Assembly: GCA_030324005.1 (NCBI GenBank)
Contig: JARDVH010000025.1
Location: 63,910,897 to 63,974,758, forward strand
Direction of reading: 5' to 3'
Length of the DNA: 63,862 bases
Source: Negaprion brevirostris
Lineage: Eukaryota
The notes beneath the pieces are model-generated. The model saw only the letters and a program-made list of their open reading frames with translations, searched no databases and was not told the DNA's origin. A program made the position numbers and the translations under genes. Each line of letters begins with the position of its first letter. Position 1 is the first letter of the stretch. This document shows positions 57,048 through 63,862 of the stretch, one piece after another.

Positions 57048-58747
57048 TTAATTGGATATCACCTCATACTGTTGGAGTAATCATTGAAAAAAGCATTGTA
57101 TTCAATTATTTGAAAGGAGCTGATTCAACTAGTAAAGTTGTGGATGCCATAAATTGATTGGTATAATTGCAAAACATTGCCGATTGTTTTATTTCATTTT
57201 AATGATTTTACAGCCCTAAATGTTGTTGATTATAAGAGCAGGGAGAATGAATTGTTTTGAACTAGTCCAAATAATTTTGCTCGTACAAACTCCAAGATCA
57301 AATAAGATAAAAATCTCATTATGTTTTCTGGAGCTAATTAGACACATTCCTGGAAAACTCAGCAATCATGGTCAGGAATTTTCTCATATTAGCTTCAGTT
57401 TGCTATTGAATGGAGTTCCTGCAGAATTTCCAGCAGGCCCGGGAAACATATGCTCCACGTTTGCTTTATTCATTCATACGATGTTACATATTTTGCAGCT
57501 ATTTTGTTTGCTTTTATTTCTTGATAGTATTGTTTGTACTATTATTAATTCAAATAATATAACAAGATCTATCTTACAAAGTAGCCTATAATTTGAGTAT
57601 CTAGTTTTATACATTGGCTACTGTTTCTTAGATTACTTATAATGCAAACAACATAACATAAGCTTTGTGCCTTTTATTTATGCCCTCGGTGGTGCCATTA
57701 CAATCTGTAGTTATACTGCCCTGCATTCTACTCTGTATTTGATGACACATTTTTGAGTGCAATTTAACCTTCCATCACTAGTGTGCTTTATACTCTGAAA
57801 AGAACTGACTATGTTACTACCCTTTAGGCTGGAAAGCACAAATTATAGACTAAACTGACACATTTATGCATTGGTGTGAAAATACTGGGGCAGAGTTTCC
57901 ACAGGGATGTTTACAGCTCATGTCTGATTCAAATCATTTGCATGATGACAAACAAAACTTTCCATGAAACTGCACAGTTGAGCAACACAATAGAAAGTAA
58001 TTATTTATTTCTTCTTGTAAAGTATTCGTTAGTGTTTAAGAGTAGTAACCTGTTTTGGTTTTATTGTTTATCAGCTAAAAATAGGTGTTTTAGTGAGTAT
58101 CCAATCTGCTACCTGTGAACAACTGAATTTAAAATTGAAAATTGCATATTTAAAAGTTACATTGACCCATGTTACTTCCATTGGTGTACACTGGTCCGTG
58201 TTTTAGTGATTTAATTTTGATCTGAAATCTCTTAAAGTATGTTTACTGGTGCAGAGGCATGCAACATTAGGGCAATTTGAAGAACCTTCCCTAATCATTT
58301 GAATCTCTATGTTGACCCTGGGACATTGCTGGTTTTGTGGGCAGGCCTGACCCCAGCAAAGTGAATCTGAAAGCAGTACAAACACCAGTGGTTTCAAGTG
58401 CAACTCAGTTACTTTTAAAATTCCCTAATCTTTTGCACTGGTTGAGGCAATTCAATCCAATTGTCCAAATATTACTGGTACCAACAAGCATTCTGATTTT
58501 ATGTATTTTTTTCAAAGGATTGAAATTAAATGGCTTTGAAAGGAGTCAATCTTCTAATTTAATAATTTCTCATTCCATGAGAGGGAAAGAAATTGGGTGG
58601 AGTGAAGGGATCAGAGGGACAGTTATCTTGACTAAGTCAAACCTTGTCAGGTTTTCATCAGCTAAGTCAACTATAGGCCCAGGGTCTGTTGCATCTAAAT
58701 ATACTATCAAATCCCCAGTAAAATGTGTGGTGAAACTGAAATACTGT

Positions 58748-59020
58748 AGAACAGAATCACTACAGTGCAGAAGGAGTCCATTCGGCCCATCGAACCTGCA
58801 CTGTTCCCGGTCCCACTCAGCCCCCAATCCGTAGCCCCACATACTTACGCTGCTACTTCCCCTGACACTACGGGCAATTCATGGCCAATCAACCTAACCC
58901 ACGTATCTTTGAAACTGGAGCACCTGGAGGAAACCCACATGGACATGGAGAGAATGTGCAAACTCAACACAGACAGTGACCCAAGCCAGGAATCTAACCA
59001 CTGTGCCACGATGCTACCCC
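58748..59020 (-). mobile_element. V-SINE
   Basis: ctacagtgcagaaggagtccattcggccc...gagcacctggaggaaacccac. Confidence 0.85.
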
Positions 59021-59542
59021 ACTATCCCAGCTATTTCTCAGATGATATGTGGACTAAGTTTTGTGATTGCCTGTGAAATTACCTTAAAATTTACATTGTG
59101 CTCACTTAATCAATTCTGTCTAATTTACTGCCCAATTATTTCAAGAACTTCTGCAAGAGATTGTTCTTTTATTCATCCACACACTGATTAGACTGATACC
59201 TCTTCAATTGCATGTAGAAGGCACAATTCAAGCAGAATACCTGATGTAAGAATTGTTTTAAGTTTCAACCAGTTTGCCATTTTTATAGCGCATATTGGCC
59301 TATTTACATTTCATTAACTGTGAAAATTCACTACGAATACGGATCCTTCATACATATGATCATGCTTTTTTTATAAAGGCTGTGTTTTGGGTTGGCAAAG
59401 ACATATATGAAAGGGCTACATTGTAAGCAATTTCATTTTGGTCATGTTCTAACTCAGGGACGTACAGAGGTAACTGAAAAGCTCATAATTCATTAACGCA
59501 TCAACATAGCAATGACCGATTTGTATGTTTGTAAAAATCACA

Positions 59543-59605
59543 AATAAAAAGTGAAACTTTAGACTGCGTTTTTGATTTTCCATTACAAAGGAAACTTGTA
59601 ATAAA
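59543..59605 (+). promoter_or_regulatory. Candidate distal polyadenylation signals (AATAAA x2) of the ENPP transcript
   Basis: AATAAA at 59543-59548 and 59600-59605 with upstream TGTA motifs and T-rich downstream sequence. These are the first non-repeat AATAAA I found after the stop. Confidence 0.35.
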
Positions 59606-59677
59606 TATATTTTTCATTTCTATGTAAAATGGGGATTATTATTTATGGAAAAGTCTTTAAACAGATCTTTGTGGAAG

Positions 59678-59900
59678 ATAAACAAAGAACAAAGAACAAC
59701 CCAGCACAGGAAACAGGCCCTTCGGCCCAACGAGCCCGCGCCGCCATCACCCCACCNNNNNNNNNNNNNNNNNNNNNNNNNNNNNNNNNNNNNNNNNNNN
59801 NNNNNNNNNNNNNNNNNNNNNNNNNNNNNNNNNNNNNNNNNNNNNNNNNNNNNNNNAAGCACGGGGAGAATGCGCAAACTCCCACAGACACTGGCCCAAA
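59678..59900 (-). mobile_element. V-SINE fragment over an N gap
   Basis: aacaaagaacaaagaacaacccagcacaggaaacaggcccttcggccc ... ggggagaatgcgcaaactcc. Confidence 0.75.
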
Positions 59901-62244
59901 TCCATGTGTCCGCACAGCAAACAGTGATAGTCATTGAGCTGTCACTGATGCTAATCTCCCAGAAGTCCAGATTTTATGAATCTAGTCAGACATGGCAATA
60001 GTTTGTCAGAAGAGTTTTGGTGGAAGATTTGAATTTGTGCTTCCTAGGTAGTAGTTGAGCAACTACTTCCTGAGGAAAGGACAGTTAATCCTTGTCTGGA
60101 ATACAACACGACAACAATTAAATTTATAACTGTGTCGGGGTCGGTGGAGGTACTGGTTGAGGAAAAGCATGCTATTGTTTGCAGTAAACTCTTAGGGATT
60201 TGGTACTGAATGATTGCTTGAGGTAAAAAAGCAATTTTAGTCTGAAAGAGGCAGTGATAGCACCATTGCTCTCATTTCCACTCAAATATCCCTCTGTATT
60301 TCACTGAGATTGGGAGCAGGATTGAATAGAGACATCAGGCTTGAAGGAGCATATGGAGAAAGGACTGAAAGGAATTAAAGGCATGCATGAAATTAGGCAC
60401 AGAGGACATTGCAGAAATGGAGTGGATCCTTTCCATGATCATCTACCAGCATGCTGAAGGGGAGGGGGCATTAAATTCCTCCCTATGATTCGAGTGTGCT
60501 CTCCACATGTATTTGAGTTTGTACTTGCAGCTGTCTAATGAGCTTACCTCAGAAAATCGGATGCAAACCATCCCAAGATCCGCTGGGGTTAGTTGATCAT
60601 AACCAAGGCAGCAGGCGGGAGACCTGGTAAAACTCTACATTTGCATGATATTACTAGACAACCTTCATTAACTTTTGAAATTGATGGGCAAGAAAACATT
60701 AAGCCTGCTCCATTGTGACTGAAATCCCTTCTGGTATTATCTTGCTGTGATGATTGTCCCTTTGAAGCAATATGGAAGTATAAGGGCTGCTCAGTTTGGG
60801 GGACCAATTGGGACTCAGAGTTGGTGATCAGCCCAGAGGATGGAGTCCTCTCTTAGGCAGAGGGACACGTATGGACCCAAGTACAGTCATACGGCTGCTG
60901 AATAATTCTTATTAATGAATCCTTTTTGGTTTTCACAAATGAACCTGCCCATTCCTGAAGAAGCCAAGTAATTTTCTGGTAGCAACAAAAGAAAATGGTG
61001 CTGGGTGTATGAACATTTGGTTAAGGAGACAATCAATGTCAATCGTAAAAGAGAAANNNNNNNNNNNNNNNNNNNNNNNNNNNNNNNNNNNNNNNNNNNN
61101 NNNNNNNNNNNNNNNNNNNNNNNNNNNNNNNNNNNNNNNNNNNNNNNNNNNNNNNNNNNNNNNNNNNNNNNNNNNNNNNNNNNNNNNNNNNNNNNNNNNN
61201 NNNNNNNNNNNNNNNNNNNNNNNNNNNNNNNNNNNNNNNNNNNNNNNNNNNNNNAATCAATCAGAATTAACTGCAACCAATATTGAGAGTATATTCACTT
61301 TTCTATAATGTTAACTGCACAAGAAAAAACATGCGACTGTGACAAGTAGTGAATACTGGTCCTGGTCAGGCAGGACAGATGGCATACTTGGACATTCTTC
61401 TTTCTTCTCTCTTCTCATTTTCTCGTGTCTTTATGATTGCTCAGACTACCCAAGAGTGTTAAACTGGGGTCAACACTGAATTCAACTTTAGGACTTCCTC
61501 TCCATTTTCTATTGCATCTGAAGCCCTTCCAAACATTCTACTTTCTCAGGGGTTGAACTGGATGTTATGTTGACCTGTAATAATCCTGTAAAATCCTCAA
61601 TATAAAGTGTTCAATGGTGTCTGCCTTCCACAGCCTGCTATAACTGTTGTACATATCTTGTCTTTGATCAGCCAGACCTCTCATTCATCCACCTTCATCT
61701 CATTCTCATGCTGTTCCGTCTGATCAATTCTGTAACTCCTTTCAGTAACGTCCTCGGCTGTCAAGCAGTGGCCTCAGTGCTCACATTTGCCTATGTAGAT
61801 TTTTATGGTCTATTCATAAGTGGTTTATTATGCCAGCCAACCTTATTGTTCTAACTCTTTATCAGATATAATTGAACTATTGCGTAAATTACTAAAATAA
61901 TTTTTCTGTTACTTCCACACTAATTAAATTTTGCATTTAAGGTGCATTTTGATTAAGCAAGGTTAACTGAAAATCCAAGCACATTTTTGGAGTTAAGTAT
62001 CTATTAATTTCCCACATTTGCAGAGACCTGTTTCTAAGCTAGTTACTATTGCCTGAGAATAATCATTCCACTAGCTTTTCTTCAAGGTAAACCTAAGTAA
62101 CTTCCAGTAAAGCAAAACCTACACTACAAACTATATATCCAAACTGTTTCAGACTGATTATATATCAGAGGGGAAGATTTCTCAGTGGTGTTAGTATCCA
62201 AGGCAGATTTTCCTGAACATATTCTTCCTGAACATAGTCCCTTC

Positions 62245-62360
62245 CAGTAAGAAGTCTCACAACACCAGGTTCGAGTCCAACCAATTTATTTGATGGTAAT
62301 CCCACAAACTTTTGGAAACAGTGTCCCTTCATCAGGTGTGTGGAAGGTTCCAATGCCGGC
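62245..62360 (-). mobile_element. Penelope-like terminal fragment with a degenerate hammerhead core
   Basis: Reverse complement: acCTGATGAagggacactgtttccAAAAg...aataaattggttggactcgaacctggtgttgtgagacttcttact. Confidence 0.55.
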
Positions 62361-62361
62361 A

Positions 62362-62647
62362 TCTCTACACCATACTCTCTTCCACCATCTTCCAATAGGA
62401 GAAACAATGTAAAAGTCTGCTATCACGTACCAAGACTCAAGAGCAGCTTCTTCCCTGCTACCATATGTTAAGCTGATCTTTCTGTACACTCTAGCTATGT
62501 CTGCAACAGTATATTACGCACCCTCTTTTCTTTCTTCCTGATGTACTCAATAAACAGTGTGTTTTGCCTGTATAGCGTGCAAGAAACAATACTTTTCACT
62601 GTATCCCAATACATATGACAATAATAGATCAAATTAAAATCAAATCA
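62362..62647 (+). mobile_element. Rex1/Babar-like LINE 3' end
   Basis: HTLFHHLP...KSL.SRT..RLKSSFFPA; tail cttttcactgtatcccaatacatatgacaataa(atcaa)n. Confidence 0.65.
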
Positions 62648-62711
62648 GACAAGATACTTGATGTGTGATATTGTAATATTTTCCTGAAAAACCTACATTC
62701 TGCTTCTCGAA

Positions 62712-63425
62712 CCTGGGTGTCCTCTTACACTAGTTGCTGAAGGTAAGCGTGCAGGTGCAGCAGACAGTAAAGAAGGCAAATGGTAAGTTGGCCTTCATAG
62801 TGAGAGGATTTGAATATAGGAGCAGGGATGTCTATCTCCATTTATATGGTGCCTTTGTGAGGCCACACTTGGAATATCGCGTGCAGTATTGGTCTCCTTA
62901 TCTAAGGAAGGATGTTCTTGCTTTTGAGGGAGTGCAGAGTTGGTCTACCAAGCTGATTCGTGGGATGGCAGGACTGACATATGAGGAGAGGTTGAGTCTG
63001 TTAGATTATATTTGCTGGAGTTCAGAAGAATAAGGGAGGAATCTCATTTAAACCTATAAAGTTCTAAGGGGACTAGACAAGACAGGTGCAGAAAGGATGT
63101 TCCCAATAGCGGGGGAATCCAGAACCAGGGATCATAGTCTTTGGAATGGGGGGGTTAACCTTTTAGGACTGGGATGTGGAGAAATTTCTTCATCAAGAGA
63201 GTAATGGCCTATGGAATTTGTTACACAGAAAGCAAGTGAGGTCAAAACATTGTATGTTTTCAAGGAGTTAGATACTGCTCTTGGGGTGAAAGGGATCAAA
63301 GGATATTGGGGGAAAGGCAGCATCAGGCTATTCAGTTGGATGATCAGCTATGATCATACTGAATGGCGTGGATCAGGCTCAAAGGGCCTAATGGCCTACT
63401 CCTGCTCCTATTTTCTATGTTTTGA
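62712..63425 (+). mobile_element. CR1 LINE 3' fragment
   Basis: KKANGKLAFIVRGFEYRSRDV...VRPHLEYRVQYWSPYLRKD; tail atggcctactcctgctcctattttctatgttt. Confidence 0.92.
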
Positions 63426-63862
63426 TCTAAGTGATGTTGCTTTTTCATTACTTTTAGTAATTGTGCGTGAACTTTACTCAAGTGGAAGATGTGTATAAAG
63501 CTCCATCTAGTGGTAAATTAAATTAACGAAGTATTTGAACCTTGACTTACCAATATTTTCCACTGTAGGGGTCTGTTTTTGGAATGAAATAAATTCCATT
63601 ATTAATGCACTTTATTTTTCCACCTTATTATCTTTCTCCTTGCCCTGTGAAGATGTTGACTCCTTGCTGGGCTATAATGCCAAAGGTACTAACACCCTTG
63701 GCAGAATGACCATTCCTCAGTGACCATGGTGCACTGTGAAGAAGGGGGGGTGGATTTCACACCCACATCCACAGATAAACTTCAGAGCAGCAAACTCTCT
63801 CTCTCTAACCCAGTGTTTACTATAATCAAAATGTTCCACAAACGGTTAATTTGAGAAAGTTA

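Noticed and set aside
58337-58834. 165-aa plus-strand ORF after the ENPP stop
   Set aside because: GTG start, ends inside an antisense SINE, no recognisable domain.
1-63862. CRISPR arrays, operons or prokaryotic defence systems
   Set aside because: Vertebrate intron-exon DNA; no regularly spaced repeat-spacer array seen.

Overview
Eukaryotic, repeat-rich vertebrate DNA from a fragmented draft assembly with many N gaps. The repeat content (HE1/V-SINE-like SINEs, HER1/CR1 LINEs, SacSINE1-like SINEs) indicates a cartilaginous fish, most likely a shark. The window holds the 3' two-thirds of one plus-strand ectonucleotide pyrophosphatase/phosphodiesterase gene of the ENPP1/ENPP3 subfamily. I read 16 coding exons by hand (equivalent to human ENPP1/3 exons 9, 10 and 12-25; numbering from my recall of the human structure), all with AG/GT boundaries and compatible phases, from 9090 to the stop at 55762. 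The exon-11 equivalent (EEPDxxGH zinc-ligand motif) is not visible and probably lies in an N gap. The introns and flanks contain a decayed endogenous retrovirus (RNase H, integrase, env; minus strand, 1-2893), many CR1 LINE fragments, a tRNA-headed LINE/SINE pair, V-SINEs with two tail types, a pogo (POGK-like) transposase fossil, Harbinger Myb/SANT remnants and MITEs, Penelope-derived hairpins with hammerhead-like cores, and a Rex1/Babar 3' end. I see no intact novel multi-gene system. The best leads are the ERV pol-env spacer, the tRNA-headed LINE, the hammerhead cores and the unusual cysteine pattern of the ENPP protein. Repeat boundaries are approximate and family names come from motif recognition, not database searches.
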